Positions 25,312 through 38,282 of a stretch of DNA of 64,000 nt are shown piece after piece. Source of the DNA: Stegostoma tigrinum (lineage: Eukaryota); NCBI RefSeq assembly GCF_030684315.1, contig NC_081363.1, forward strand, positions 62,872,312 to 62,936,311, given 5' to 3'. The position numbers were made by a program, and so were the translations under genes. The first letter of the stretch is position 1. Each line of letters starts with the position of its first letter. A model generated the notes under the pieces. The model was given only the letters and a program-made list of their open reading frames with translations. It was not told the origin of the DNA and did not search any database.

Positions 25312-26725
25312 CCATCTCCAGCACATCCCTCACCTTCCTGGACCTCTCAGTCTCCATCTCAGGCAACCAGCTTGTAACTGATGTCCATTTCAAGCCCACC
25401 GACTCCCACAGCTACCTAGAATACACCTCCTCCCACCCACCCTCCTGCAAAAATTCCATCCCCTATTCCCAATTCCTCCGCCTCCGCCGCATCTGCTCCC
25501 ACGATAAGACATTCCACTCCCGCACATCCCAGATGTCCAAGTTCTTTAAGGACCGCAACTTTCCCCCCACGGTGATCGAGAACGCCCTTGACCGCGTCTC
25601 CCGCATTTCCCGCGACACATCCCTCACACCCCGCCCCCGCCACAACCGCCCCAAGAGGATCCCCCTCGTTCTCACACACCACCCTACCAACCTCCGGATA
25701 CAACGCATTATCCTCCGACACTTCCGCCATTTACAATCCGACCCCACCACCCAAGACATTTTTCCATCCCCTCCCCTGTCTGCTTTCCGGAGAGACCACT
25801 CTCTCCGTGACTCCCTTGTTCGCTCCACACTGCCCTCCAACCCCACCACACCCGGCACCTTCCCCTGCAACCGCAGGAAATGCTACACTTGTCCCCACAC
25901 CTCCTCCCTCACCCCCATCCCAGGCCCCAAGATGACATTCCACATTAAGCAGAGGTTCACCTGCACATCTGCCAATGTGGTATACTGCATCCACTGTACC
26001 CGGTGCGGCTTCCTCTACATTGGGGAAACCAAGCGGAGGCTTGGGGACCGCTTTGCAGAACACCTCCGCTCAGTTCGCAACAAACAACTGCACCTCCCAG
26101 TCGCAAACCATTTCCACTCCCCCTCCCATTCTCTTGATGACATGTCCATCATGGGCCTCCTGCACTGCCACAATGATGCCACCCGAAGGTTGCAGGAACA
26201 GCAACTCATATTCCGCCTGGGAACCCTGCAGCCATATGGTATCAATGTGGACTTCACCAGTTTCAAAATCTCCCCTTCCCCTACTGCATCCCTAAACCAG
26301 CCCAGTTCATCCCCTCCCCCCACTGCACCACACAACCAGCCCAGCTCTTCCCCCCCACCCACTGCATCCCAAAACCAGTCCAACCTGTCTCTGCCTCCCT
26401 AACCGGTTCTTCCTCTCACCCATCCCTTCCTCCCACCCCAAGCCGCACCCCCAGCCACCTACTAACCTCATCCCACCTCCTTGACCTGTCCGTCTTCCCT
26501 GGACTGACCTATCCCCTCCCTACCTCCACACCTACACCCTCTCCACCTATCTTCTTTACTCTCCATCTTCGGTCCGCCTCCCCCTCTCTCCCTATTTATT
26601 CCAGTTCCCTCCCCCCATCCCCCTCTCTGATGAAGGGTCCAGGCCCGAAACATCAGCTTTTGTGCTCCTGAGATGCTGCTTGGCCTGCTGTGTTCATCCA
26701 GCCTCACATTTTATTGTCTTGGATT
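25312..26725 (+). mobile_element. Penelope-like element (Neptune-like), 5'-truncated, young
   Basis: RT C-terminus (TFLDLSVSI, KPTDSHSYL), linker CNRRKCYTC, GIY-YIG VVYCIHCTRCGFLYIGETKRRLGDRFAEH, 3' UTR with hammerhead at 26627-26654. Confidence 0.95.
25533..26402 (+). CDS. PLE ORF C-terminal part: RT thumb, Cys linker, GIY-YIG endonuclease (5'-truncated)
   Basis: 289-aa uninterrupted frame with VVY...YIG, R and E/N motifs of GIY-YIG. C-terminal 13-aa repeat x3 (SPxPTAxxNQPSS). Confidence 0.85.
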   Translation: MSKFFKDRNFPPTVIENALDRVSRISRDTSLTPRPRHNRPKRIPLVLTHHPTNLRIQRIILRHFRHLQSDPTTQDIFPSPPLSAFRRDHSLRDSLVRSTLPSNPTTPGTFPCNRRKCYTCPHTSSLTPIPGPKMTFHIKQRFTCTSANVVYCIHCTRCGFLYIGETKRRLGDRFAEHLRSVRNKQLHLPVANHFHSPSHSLDDMSIMGLLHCHNDATRRLQEQQLIFRLGTLQPYGINVDFTSFKISPSPTASLNQPSSSPPPTAPHNQPSSSPPPTASQNQSNLSLPP

Positions 26726-28359
26726 TCTTTGATGATCCTCAGCCCTCCACTGTACCATTCCGTCAACCAGGACTTCCAGGTCCCTGTTGATGAACTGCAA
26801 TGCCATCATCTCCTTCTCTGACATTTTGAGGACATATCCTTCAAAATCCAGGAAACTTCAAAATACCAGCGCTCGTCTGGTTCCACAGTCACATTTTAAT
26901 AATAGTGAGATCGCAAGTGATGACAGTATTTTTGAATCTACTAAATAGCCAGTTGCTGTGGGAATGATTTGTGGTGACATGTGGCAGAAATGGGGCACAT
27001 ATGCAAGATGCCACGGGGATGGGGTAGGCAATTATTGCAGCAGGTTTGTTAAAGTATTGAGAGAGAACTCACTTGGACTCATGGTAAGAAACATCCAAAG
27101 CACTCAACTGGGACGTAGCTAAAGAAAGTAAAGTTCAGCCTACTAGACCACACATTCGTTGCGTCAATGAATGTTAGCTACAGTCAAAATTAGTTGAAGC
27201 AAAGAATGAGAACAACCAAAATTGATTCACGCTAATTGTAATGAGAGGGCCTACTGGTGGTCACCACCACTGTAGTCACGACAGAGAAAGATAGCACAAT
27301 GTGGGCAAGACTAAACTGCAGGGATGGGACTCAGTGGAAAAGGATAAGAGTTGCAGTTGTAACTCCAGGGGGTGTGTCGGTACATGTGGAAGATCAGCAC
27401 TGATGGGCTATTTGGAGTGCAAATTAGCAAAGGATTTGGAGGCTTGGATGGGAGGCAGGCTAAGCATAGGATTAAAGGTGCCTTGTGTGCGCTTCAATTA
27501 TTTCTTAATTCAAAAATACAATCTACCCATAGATAGCAGCTGCAAGCTTACCCAGAGTTGCTGGAGTCAGTGACTTCCTTCTGGAACCAAATGCAAGCTC
27601 AACCTCCAAGAGATGGGACATCTTTGCAATTGCATAAGTAAAGCTGAAGTCATTTGCAAATCTGCCATTCTGCATGCAAAATGCTTGCAGTATCTGACTA
27701 TGTGGGGTCTAGATGCTGGTCACAAGTAATCTTGACCATGGCATTGATCCTTGCAGATGAAAGTCATCATTTTTGTGAAGGAGAGATAATCACAGAGGCC
27801 TTAGATATGGATCCTGCTGGCCACAAAGCTAATGCATCATCTCTTAGGCTTCACAGAAACATGGTGTTAATTCCCTCAACTATAAGTAAAATGTCATTAT
27901 ACCTTTTGAGAGTGATGTAGGGCTCAGAGAAGAAGGGCACAAATGCATACCGCACTTACAATCTCCTACTGTGTCTTTTTGACATGACTGCTAATGCTTT
28001 CGTCAAAATAAAGTCCAGCGTCAAGTCATGTATAACCATTCCACAGCCCTTCTTATTGGAGTGCTCCATGTCCCAATGTATGGAGCAGGAGCAAAGCTGT
28101 CTTTGTGAGTGATGTGAATGCTCACATTACTAAGGACCTGCTCATTGTTTATGTTCCCCACACAGGTCCATTGCAAGGATGACGGATTGATCCAGCCCTG
28201 TACAGGTTATTTGTGCTGCTGCTGTTGCGATGCAACAAAGGTGCAGAGAAATAGAGGAGGAACAGCCAGCAAGCCCAGAAATAGTACCAACCTGTCACTG
28301 GATGGTAAGCAGCCTGCAGTTGGAGAGATTACAGCTAATGGTACCTTGTGCAGGAGGTA

Positions 28360-29150
28360 CGGGAGAATCAGAGTCTTATCATCCTTGATACCACTTCGTC
28401 CTGATGAGTGAGACACACACTGTCACAGCAGACTGAGAATCTCCCAGGGCACTGTCACAGAACTCTGCTAACTGCTGGAAAAGGACCGGTGACCTGATGG
28501 ATAGGTGGTGACCCTATCCCTGTTGCTGTCAAGTTGACAGCTGCATTGACGTTTAACGCAATTCATTCCTTCAAAGGAGTTACAAGGGTCCTTTGTGAGA
28601 TCCCGCAATCACCGGACCTACATTAAAGCTTTGCTGCAGTAATTGGTGCCAGATCATACTGCTTCAACTTATTTAGCCATACCAACATGAGAGTTGCAGC
28701 CTCGGCAGTAGGATTCAGCAACATAGCTGGCTTCCCTCAGGTGCGGTTCACCTTTGACTGTCCAAATGATGGATTGACACAGCCATTCACTACACAGCTG
28801 AGTTCATCAACATGCTGGTGATTCGTGATCACCACTACCACTTCTTAGTTTGCACCCAGTACTCTGCGAGGTGCCATGATGTCTCCCCTTGAGAACTCTC
28901 ATGTTCCTGCTATTTTTTGGGAGGGCTAGATGCTTTCCACAGCAGTTACTGGAGAAGAAGGACTACCTTCTCGACAGTGGTTGACTCCATTACATAACTC
29001 TCCTGACTGAGAAGCAGATACAATGCAACTGTTTTTTTCAACCAGACTATCATGGAGCAAACAACGGGCCTCCTTAAAACAAAGTTCCACTGCTTATATC
29101 GGTCTGGGATGTGCTACATAATTCTAGAATGCTGCTCTCAACTCAGCTAG
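28360..29150 (+). pseudogene. Harbinger (HARBI1-like) transposase remnant
   Basis: RLRISQGTVTELC; IPVAVKLTAALTF; AVGFSNIAGFPQVRFTFDC; YSARCHD; LLEKKDYLL; IMEQTTGLLKTKFHCLYRSG, with stops and frameshifts. Confidence 0.85.
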
Positions 29151-30399
29151 AGCAGGCAAAGACAGGCTGTGATGGAGGCTGATGAGCCTGGGACAGTGTC
29201 AGTATTCTTCTGAGAAGGGGAGTATTAAGCCGGAGGAATACCATCTTCTCCAATTTCGACTGCAACACTATCAGGGACAGGTAGGACTTAATTGATGCCC
29301 AGTTGCAGTAGATGAGATCTGAGTGCAGTGATTACAATTGACAATAAAATTGTTGGTGCTTAACAAGCAAGCAGTTCACTTCTGTTTTGAGAGTCAAATG
29401 CAGCTTCCCATTGTTTGATTTCTGTACCCTTATAGTGTTGATTAGTAGTTGGAACTATTTGAAGGCTTTCCTACATTTGATGGTCCCATGTTAAATGATG
29501 ATGAGATGCTGGCTACAGTGGGCATTTTGGAAAGTGTAGCAGTTTTCGAGAGGGTTGTGTGATGGGTATTTATAAACAGAAAAAAATATAGCTGGTGGCT
29601 CTATAAGTTGCATTCCCAGTTCCTTCGATACATCTCATTCACTTCCAATACCTTCTCTATTCTCTGTACTAACAGTTTAGTCAATACCCCCTCTTTATCA
29701 ATTTTGAATCCTTCCAGTGGGTGGCTTTCCTCCTCAGATCATAAGGGATTCAGTCTGCATCTGGAAACATTTCTAATCAGGTTGTTTACTGGGCAACTTG
29801 TTGTTGAACGGCAACGTCTCTCAATTATTCATTTCACCCAAGATCTGCCTATGCCTTCCAGCTGCTGAAAATTATACTCTAGTCATCAGTGATTTGGACA
29901 CAAATAACACTGTTTTCTAGCAATCTTTTCCCAAAGTGCTGCACCATGTTGTTTGTTTGTAGAGAAATGCAGATCTGAAAATAATGATTAAAAATGCCTT
30001 TGTGACAGATTAAACATGTCAATATGTTGACCCAAAAAAACAAGCCCGTCTGCCACAAGTGAAATTCTTAACCTTTCAACTCCTTTCCACTTTTTTTGCT
30101 GAGCAATTTCCAATTGTTAAGTAATTCTGAGTTATCACTTAAATGAGCATTGGCTGAAAGTGTAATATTGTGCCTAGACATTTACATGAAGCTTTTTTAA
30201 AAGTCAACTGTCTGGGAATAGGCTGAACAGCGCAGCTCCATTCAACTAATTGAGAGTAATGCTCAATCACAATCTCTCACTTTATCTGCAGCTGCCATCA
30301 CTAAGTAGGATGCAGTTCCCAATGTATCAGGCAGCTTCCAGTACTTCATCTTGATGTTATTCCTCATGCTTGAAATTAAGTGTTGGAAGGACGTTCAAT

Positions 30400-30730
30400 C
30401 ATGGTGACCTTAAAGGCAAACTCCTTGTCTGTTTGTAATAACTGAGTGGTGGGGCAGTAAGACAAAGTTGCCATCTTTTGAGCACAGTAGATTAATTACC
30501 TGATGAGTGACTGAAATAGTGCCATAGAAGCTGGTATCCCTCACCAAACCACCCTTTCTTGACACTGATCCAGCTCCCTCAAAGCCAGGTCTCAGAGTGA
30601 GCAGAGCCTCTGACACTCTTGTATTTATCTGTCACCCAGGGTTCCTTAATTAGACTAGGTTAACAATCCAATCAGGGAACTCATATTATAAGAGATTCAC
30701 CTGAATTACCTCATTTTAATCGCTACCATG
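30400..30730. mobile_element. Probable short LTR remnant
   Basis: TATTTATCTGTCACCCAGGGTTCC...CCAATCAGGGAACTC layout is typical of short Gypsy LTRs. Recognition only. Confidence 0.35.
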
Positions 30731-32199
30731 AGCATTTGGCATTTGTTTGGATTTTGAAGTTGCTGACCCTCTATCCTGTATGATCCATTCTGTACCAGCA
30801 AGCCCATTGCTTAGATTTCCTGCCTCCAGCCCAATTAGAGCTTTTGCATATCAGTGACACATCACATTACTGACATGATGCACGACCAGTAGCCATAAAT
30901 GCCCCATGCTTCAGTCTCCTTACCCAAACTTAAATATTTAGATGCTCAACTGAGAACAATGGCCTTGCAATTCCATATTCTGCCCAGTTTGTGTAGAATT
31001 CTGGAAGTCTACCTGTTTGTGGAAGCATTTTTGTATCAAAGTTATTGCTCCTCAATTCCTTGTATTTTTAACATGTTGCTGTGATTTGTACTATGTCCCA
31101 AATCAATTAATTAACATACATTATAGTATGAGCCAGTGGTGTTATAACTCTCAGTACCTAGGTTTTGCATTTCCAGTGCATTTAGTGTTAGATAATATCT
31201 CTTCTTCTTAACCTCCCTCCGGAATCAATCTAAAAACTCTGACTCTAAATCCATCTGCAGTGCCTCTCACTATCCTTAAACCTACTACAGAAACATCAAC
31301 CTCTAGTGGTATAAAAAAAACATAATCTATAAACAACACAATTATTCTGCACACTGCTTTATGTTGTACAAATACTGCTGCTTGTAAATTGAGATACTGC
31401 TCTGGTGTATCTTGGGCTGTGGATCTCTGTAAAAGCATTGTCCCTGTGGCTGTTTGCTCCTGTCTCTCACAGGAGAATGGCACAGGAGTATGATATACTA
31501 TGAACAGAATTTTATCTGCTAATGGGAAGGGGACTCAGGTACAGGCAGAGATTTCAAAATCTGAAAAGTACTGTTTGGTGAGGAAGCTGAGTTGATTCCA
31601 TCAAATTCAGGCTTTAACACCCAGGTTACAAGATGGGCAGAAAATCATTAAAATGTGCGGAGACAATTACCATATGTAAAAGTCAAATGGTTTAGACTAC
31701 TTTTTAAGATTAAATATGTAGGGTTAACTATTACATAGATACTACTTTTGAGGGGCTGAAAATCATGCTACTGCCCAAAATACCATATCATCAGGAGAAG
31801 CTGAAATGATCTTGAAGCAAAGAAATGAAAAAAAGACAATAAATTACAGTAATTAGCGGAAAAAGATACAAAAGTGAAGTAGAAATATAGTACAGTATTA
31901 AATTACATTTGCATGGTACGTCTTAAATTAAACATGTCAAATACAAAAGTTACACAAGTACTGTGCTCTGACCTGATGCATCTTAAACTTGTGTGCCAAA
32001 TTCTTCCATTCCCCTCCATTTTCCCTTGTCTACCCTTGTGTTAGTTTTTTAGACTAACATTTTAAGCTTTTATTTCTGATAAAAAAAACAGTACGCAGAC
32101 ATTTAACTCTCATACAGTCTCACGGATCTTTTCCTCGCCGTAACATTTATGTAGAGGATAATATCTTCACTCACAAATGTTGGTTTGTCACCTGAGAAA

Positions 32200-32308
32200 C
32201 AATAGGGCCAACCTTTACACAGGATACATGGAAAATTCCAGACTTTTTGGCCAAAAATAGGGAGTCGACTTTTACATGAGATTGACTTTTACTTAAGCAT
32301 TCATGGCA
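32200..32308. mobile_element. Tc1/pogo-like DNA transposon terminus
   Basis: Repeated GTCGACTTTTAC / TTGACTTTTAC units before a degenerate TACTCGAGTATATACGGTA-like end. Confidence 0.45.
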
Positions 32309-32329
32309 ACTGCATATTTAGTTGTAGTC

Positions 32330-32762
32330 TAGTTGTACCAGACAATACACTGGCTTTTCAAAGGTTGTGAAAATCACCAGGATCAAGTCAGTGGATGCAT
32401 TTGGAAAAGGAAGGCTGAGAATAAACCTTCAGATCAAAAAGAAACAACTTAACAGATCTTCTGAACAAAGACTACAAAATTGTGTTTCCAGTTTTCCTTC
32501 CATCCATGATCTTCCTTTGTGTCAATGTCTGTCTGTATGCGAATGAAGGGGAATTCATGAAGGTTTTAGACTTTTAATTGTAATGTTATATCCCAACAGT
32601 TTATAATTGTTTACCTGTAGCTAGAGTCTAATTACTTATAATGAACATTAATTCTTGCTATGTGCGGAAACTTGGTCAATGCTTTTGATCAACTTGGGTC
32701 TGAATATGAAGTAAATTGGGGAATTTTGCTAACTTGTTTTAAAATCTTTAACTCTCACAATG
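32330..32762 (+). mobile_element. Probable LTR remnant
   Basis: Layout resembles the 3' half of the putative LTR at 9290-10285. Weak. Confidence 0.3.
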
Positions 32763-33029
32763 ACCCCAGGACCTGATTACCAGCATGCTATCTCCCTGAG
32801 CGTGGCAGATATCTTCAATCAGATGCTTTGATTTGCACTGTGGGCGTGACAGGATCCAGTGCGACTGAGAGGGGAAAGTAATTTGTGGGGAACAACTGTT
32901 TCGGAGGTGTATGGGGAGGTGTAAAAGAGGCACAGTTAAATGTTCCCTGTTAACATAAGGAGAGCTTTAGGATGTGGAGGGCAGGGATTAGTAGTGCTGA
33001 AGTTGGAAGGGGCATTCCTAAAATTTGTT

Positions 33030-33245
33030 CATGTGTTGTGGGCATCACTGGGTGGGCCAGCATTTATGGCCAATCCCTAATTGCCCTGGAGAAGGTGATG
33101 ATGGTGAGCTGCCTTCTTGAGCCACTCCATCTTTAAGCATAGAGGCACCCGCAGCGCTGTTAGGAAGGAGAATCCAGGATTTTGAGCCTGCAGTAGTAAA
33201 GGAGCAAATATAGTTACGAATCAGGATGGTGTGCGCCTTGGAGAT
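33030..33245 (-). mobile_element. CR1/L2-group LINE 3' end
   Basis: Reverse complement of the family end seen at 860-1030 and 4400-4580 (GGCAGCTCACC...CAATTAGGGAT...ATAAATGCTGGCC). Confidence 0.75.
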
Positions 33246-33499
33246 CAATATAGCAAAATTGCTGGAGAACAACTCCATCTGGTAAGTTTTGTTGGCAATT
33301 AATTTAACTTCAAGATCTGGTATAGGTTTTCATCAGCTCGGCTTCAGGGAAGAGTGGCTGTGATTTTCATAATATGATTTATTAATGCTATATTTTTAAA
33401 AAATGTTATTGAACAGAGAAGCAAAGTAGAGGGGTTTCCCATTTAGGTACAGAAAGAAAACATTAGCTGTACAATGCAACTGTTATGAAATCTCATATA

Positions 33500-35305
33500 G
33501 CTTGATGAACCCAAACAAAATATACATAGAGGACATCAGGGGCACCAATAGAATATATCATACTAAGGTTGCGATCTAGACTAACTACATGGACATCATC
33601 ATTTGTGCCAAGGCTTACACAACATAGTGGACTAAAAAACAAAGTTGAACAGAATCGAGGGCAACAGTATATCCCTACCCAATGGGTTCAAAGCTTTCTC
33701 TGCTCACTTTGAACAGAAGGGCAGTGAAATTATATCATCTGTCCCATCAGCCTCAGATGCACCTATACCCACAGTCACTGCTGCAGACATTAGATCAACC
33801 TTCTTGAGAGCGAACACACGGAAAGTGATTTGTTCAGATCGAGTTCCTGACCATGCGCTCAGATCCTGTGAGGACCAGCTGGTAGGAGTATTCACAGATA
33901 TTTTAACGCTTCCTTACTATGAAATGAAGTCCCCGCCTACTTTAAGAAAACAACCATCATCCCAGTGTCAAAGAAAAATCATATAGTGGGCCCCAGTGAC
34001 TACCGCTTGGTGGCTCTGACATTCATAATTATGAAGTGCTTTGAGAGGTTAGCCATTGCTCACGTCAGCTCCAGCCTCCCAGATTACCTTGATCCCTTGC
34101 AGTTCGCCTACCAGCACAACAGGTCCTATTGCGGGAGACATTATCTCCCTGGCCCTATATTCTTCCCTGGAACATCTGGACAGCAAGGATACTATATTAG
34201 GCTCCTACTCATTGACTGCAGCTCCATCTTCAACACCATAATTCCAAACAAACTCATCTCTAAACTGTGAGACTTAGGTCTTGTCTCCCTTCTCTGTAAC
34301 TGTATTCTCAACTTCCTGACCAAAGACTGCAATCAGTAAAGATAGACAACAACACCTCCTACACCATAATCTTCAACACTGGTAACCTGCAAGGATGAGC
34401 CCTCAACCCTCTACACTTTATATGCACATGATTGTGGCCAAATTCCACACCAACTCCATTTACGCATTTGCTGATGACACCATCATTGTAGGACAGATCT
34501 CGAACAACGACTACAGAGTAGAAGGAACTAGAGTGCATAGTGGCATGGAGCAAAAACAACAATCTCTCCATCAATGTCAGCAAAGTGAAGGAGTTGATAA
34601 ATGACTTCAGGAAGCAGAGTGGAGGACACATCCCTGTCTACTTCAATGGTGTTGAAGTGGAGATCGTCAAAAACATCAAGCTCCTGGGAGTGACGATAAC
34701 CAACAATCTGTCCTGGTCCAGCCATGGTTGACACTACAGCCAAGAAAGCAAAACGACGTCTTTGCTTTCTCAGGAGGTGAAGAAAATTCAGCATACCCAT
34801 AAAGACTCTTAGATGCACCATTGAAAGCATCCTATCTGGATGCATCACAGCATAGTATGTCAACCGCTCTACCCAGGAATACAAGAAACTACAGAAAATT
34901 GTGAACACAGCCCAGTCCATCATGCAAACCAGCCTCCGATCCATTGACTTCATCTATATTTCCTGCTGCATCGGGAAAGCATCCAACATAATCAAAGACC
35001 CTTTCTACCACAATTATACCCTTTTCCACTCTTTTCTTTTGGGCAGAAGATATAAAAAAATGAATACATGTACAAACAGAATCAAGGACAGCTTCTTCCT
35101 GGCTGCTATCAGGCTTTTGAACAGACCTCTTGAATGTTAATGTTAATTTCTCTCTGTGCCTTCTAGGCAGCTGTAATACTGTATCCTGCACTCTGTTCTA
35201 TATATGCAATGAAATATAGTACGATACACCCGTAAAGCATGTAAGATAACACTTTTCACTGTACTTCGGTACATGTGACAGTAATAAATGAAATCAAATC
35301 AAAAC
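33500..35305 (+). mobile_element. Rex1/Babar LINE, 5'-truncated, decayed
   Basis: LRSCEDQLVGVFTDI; DYRLVALTFIIMKCFERL; LDPLQFAY.HNRS; YAFADDTIIVG; NNLSINVSKVKELI.DFRK. 3' end AATAAATGAAATCAAATCAAA. Confidence 0.9.
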
Positions 35306-35959
35306 AATAATGATTATCAGAAATATCATTCTTCTTGCTTTCTATTAAAAAAAAACAAATATTGCAGTTACTGGAAACCTGAATTTAAAATATAAACTCT
35401 TCTGAATAAGTCATTGTACTTTTCTCTCCACAGATTCTACCAGACCTGCTGATATTTTCTGCTTTCATTAACAATTTGATAAAAACAGGTATCTGTAATA
35501 TCTAATCTGCATTTACCACTGGGGGATGCCAGAGCATCATAGTAATCCTTTAAGCCTCACCTGCCCAAAAGCAATAAATAAGATTGTTGGAACAACATTC
35601 AATTTTTGTTGTTTCTTGACAAGCAAGTTTTATTTACAAAAGCTGACAATGAAATTCTGGTATTTTGGTTTGTACCCAGGAAAAGAGCATGACAAATAGC
35701 AATAGGTATAGTCATTGATGAAAACCGGGACTGGCTGGCTCTAGAAAGGTATTTTAAGGGCCAGAGCTGCAAAAGTGAAAAATTATGATCACTTGTGATG
35801 TTTAATAGGATTTGATGACACACTGTGTCGTGAGCGTTTGGGATAATTGCTGAGAAATATTTGGGATCTGATTTTATTGCATTTTCTATTTGTGCCATTT
35901 TGGGGTGTTCACAGACTATTACCCGATGAACCACATGTCCATTTGATGTTCTAGAATAT

Positions 35960-38281
35960 TGTTTGTACATGTATTAGAGATTGTATTAGTGCTTTAGATT
36001 CTAAGGTATTGTTGCTTGTTCAAAATACAGGAATCTTGCGGCCTTATGCTCTTAGTATGTCTCCTGGATTTTATACTTTACCTAATTCAAAACTAAACGT
36101 TGCTGATCCGAAGTCAGATCATAACAAAAATTTTGCAACTAAGTTTGAAATCATAACATACTTTGGAGATTCATCCAGAATTAAAATATTCACAGCCAAA
36201 TATGAGCCCTAGGGTAGGATTGAGCAAAAATTTCTATCAACTGAAATACTGGACAAGTCCCTGAACTTTTGCAATCTCCAAAATACTGGGTAAAACCCTG
36301 GACTGAAGCTGCAGCAAACACACAACAGAGCCAGCAGAATGAAATTTCTGTCTGGGAGTATTGTTCAGTCTGGAATTCCAATGACACTCCACTCAAAAAG
36401 AACAATCGACCAACACTAAAGAAACGTGAGACCGAGACAGCTTTCACACCTTGGTCTACCAAGCACAGACAGTATAGGGCCTACAGAGGTACTGAACATC
36501 AGAGTCAATCAAAATCTATTTACAGAGTTACAGGATATTCAATTGAAATCCATTCACGCATAGTCTTAATGATCGGGAAGCTAACCAGAAACACAATGGA
36601 CAACACAGTTTTGGTGTAGTGATAAGGGGCCCACATTAAGTATAACTGCAGGACCTGAACTCGCCTGATAGAGAAATTTTAACGGCTATTTCCAAGGCCA
36701 GTCCAAGAGTATCCAAAAGCATTCTGAGAGCCTCCGAGCATAGCTACCAGATGCTGGCCTGTTCCGAACCACGTGAACCAACAGGAAGTGATCACGACTA
36801 GCAGATCCAAGAACTGACAAGGTCCAAAAACCAACTAACCCAATTGAATCCAAAAGGCTTCGGATGCCTCCTGCGGTGGAACCCGGGCCCACAAAACCAA
36901 TTGAAATTAAAGAAAACCAAGTACTTATCTGATAGATCCAATACGCACTTTACTGCATCAGAAGGCTCAACCCAAACTGAAAAGCCTATGCAGTCCAAAG
37001 TCTCCATCTAGGCTCTGGGTACGGCAAGCAGGAACAGCAAGGTATATTTCAAAATCATATTTTCCTCAATGGTGAACTGAAATTCCTGAGATACCAAAGT
37101 TTCGACCTAGCAAGCAGGGAAGGGCAGGTCGGTGGTGACAGTGCATTGGGACCTCGATGGTAGGAAACCTGCAATTAAAACTGTTGTTTTTAGGTTATAA
37201 CAGTGTTTGATGTAGCTAATAGTGTATTTGATAGTATATCTGTCCTCAGTAAAGTTGATTGCAACAATTTCCCTGTTTATTGCACTTAGCTATATTTTTT
37301 GTGTTATACACACCTTTTGTATATTAAATAATTGTAGAGATTCTTTTGCCTTGAAACACCCATCTACTTCATTTTGCATTCCCTAAATAAGCCCAGTATT
37401 TAGAACCAGGGATTTGGGGGTGATTTGAACCACTTAAAATCAGAAAATAACTGATCGCAAATTAGAACCCTACCCTGAGACTGGTTAAGATAGACCTTAC
37501 AAACTTTACTGCAAGTATAGAAAACCAAGATGATTATGCCAGTTAGTGTGACTTTTCTGGATAGAGGTTTATCCTTGAGTGATTCGTGAAAAAAAATGCT
37601 GTTAGCAATTGCAGAAAAGTTGGAAATAAAAACAAGGGGTAACAAACACATGTATTGTTAAGGTAATAGTTCAGCATCGAGGATTGGAAGAAGAGTTTAA
37701 TTTCAGTGAAACCCCATTTGAGTTGTTCGAATTTGCTGCAGATAAAACAATTAAATAGAAAATTAAAAAGAAATGAGTAAACCTGAACTTGAAAAGAAAA
37801 GACAAATGTTTGAACTTGAACTCCAGAGAAAGAAGTTGGCAAAGTAGGAAAGAAGAAGGGACCTTCAGAGAGAAAAATTCAGGAAGTGTGAGTTGAAGAA
37901 AGGAAAACTGAAGTTACAGCTGGTAGAGAGTTTAGTAATTCAGAAGAGAAAGGAAGCCACATTCAAAAGTTTAATTTAACAAAGAAAATTTGTTCTATTC
38001 CCTAAATTTCTGTAAGAAATGAGTGGAGATATTTTCTTCCTTGTGAGATAGTTGTTAAATAATCGAAGTTCCCAAAGGATTCATGAACTCTTATGCTGCA
38101 AGAAGTCTTGACTGGCAAAGTGATTAATTCTAGTCTTTTGAAATAACATCCTCAGATTATGAGATAGTTAAAACTGTGACACTTAATACCTGTAGGCTTG
38201 TTCCTGAAGCTTACCTATTAAAATTTAAAGTGGCAAATCGCTAGACACTTGTTGAACTTGTAATGTGAAAACAAACTTGAT
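35960..38281 (+). mobile_element. Gypsy (Gmr1-like) 5' LTR region and gag remnant
   Basis: From ~37540: MLLAIAEKLEI, a Glu/Lys-rich coil, then IPKF...DIF...KFPKDS*TLMLQEVLTGK...DYEIVK...LVPEAY..KF. The LTR start coordinate is approximate. Confidence 0.65.
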
Positions 38282-38282
38282 G

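Larger units (their letters stand above)
25205..26810 (-). pseudogene. Harbinger Myb/SANT-like exon 1, split by a PLE insertion
   Basis: MALQFINRDLEVLVDGMVQWRAE (26805-26735) continues after the PLE as ...WRIDLQCCKWFNELLWFPR|GTAAGT (splice donor ~25203). Confidence 0.7.

Noticed and set aside
25416-26383. Several long overlapping antisense and alternate-frame ORFs in PLE copies (also at 8.2, 38.5 and 48-49 kb)
   Set aside because: Shadow frames of C-rich, stop-poor PLE sequence; no independent protein motifs.
26410-26625. C-rich/G-rich strand asymmetry, possible G-quadruplex
   Set aside because: Intrinsic to the PLE 3' UTR in every copy; not a locus-specific feature.
36269-36619. 116-aa ORF
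   Set aside because: Lies in probable LTR sequence; no domain similarity recognised.
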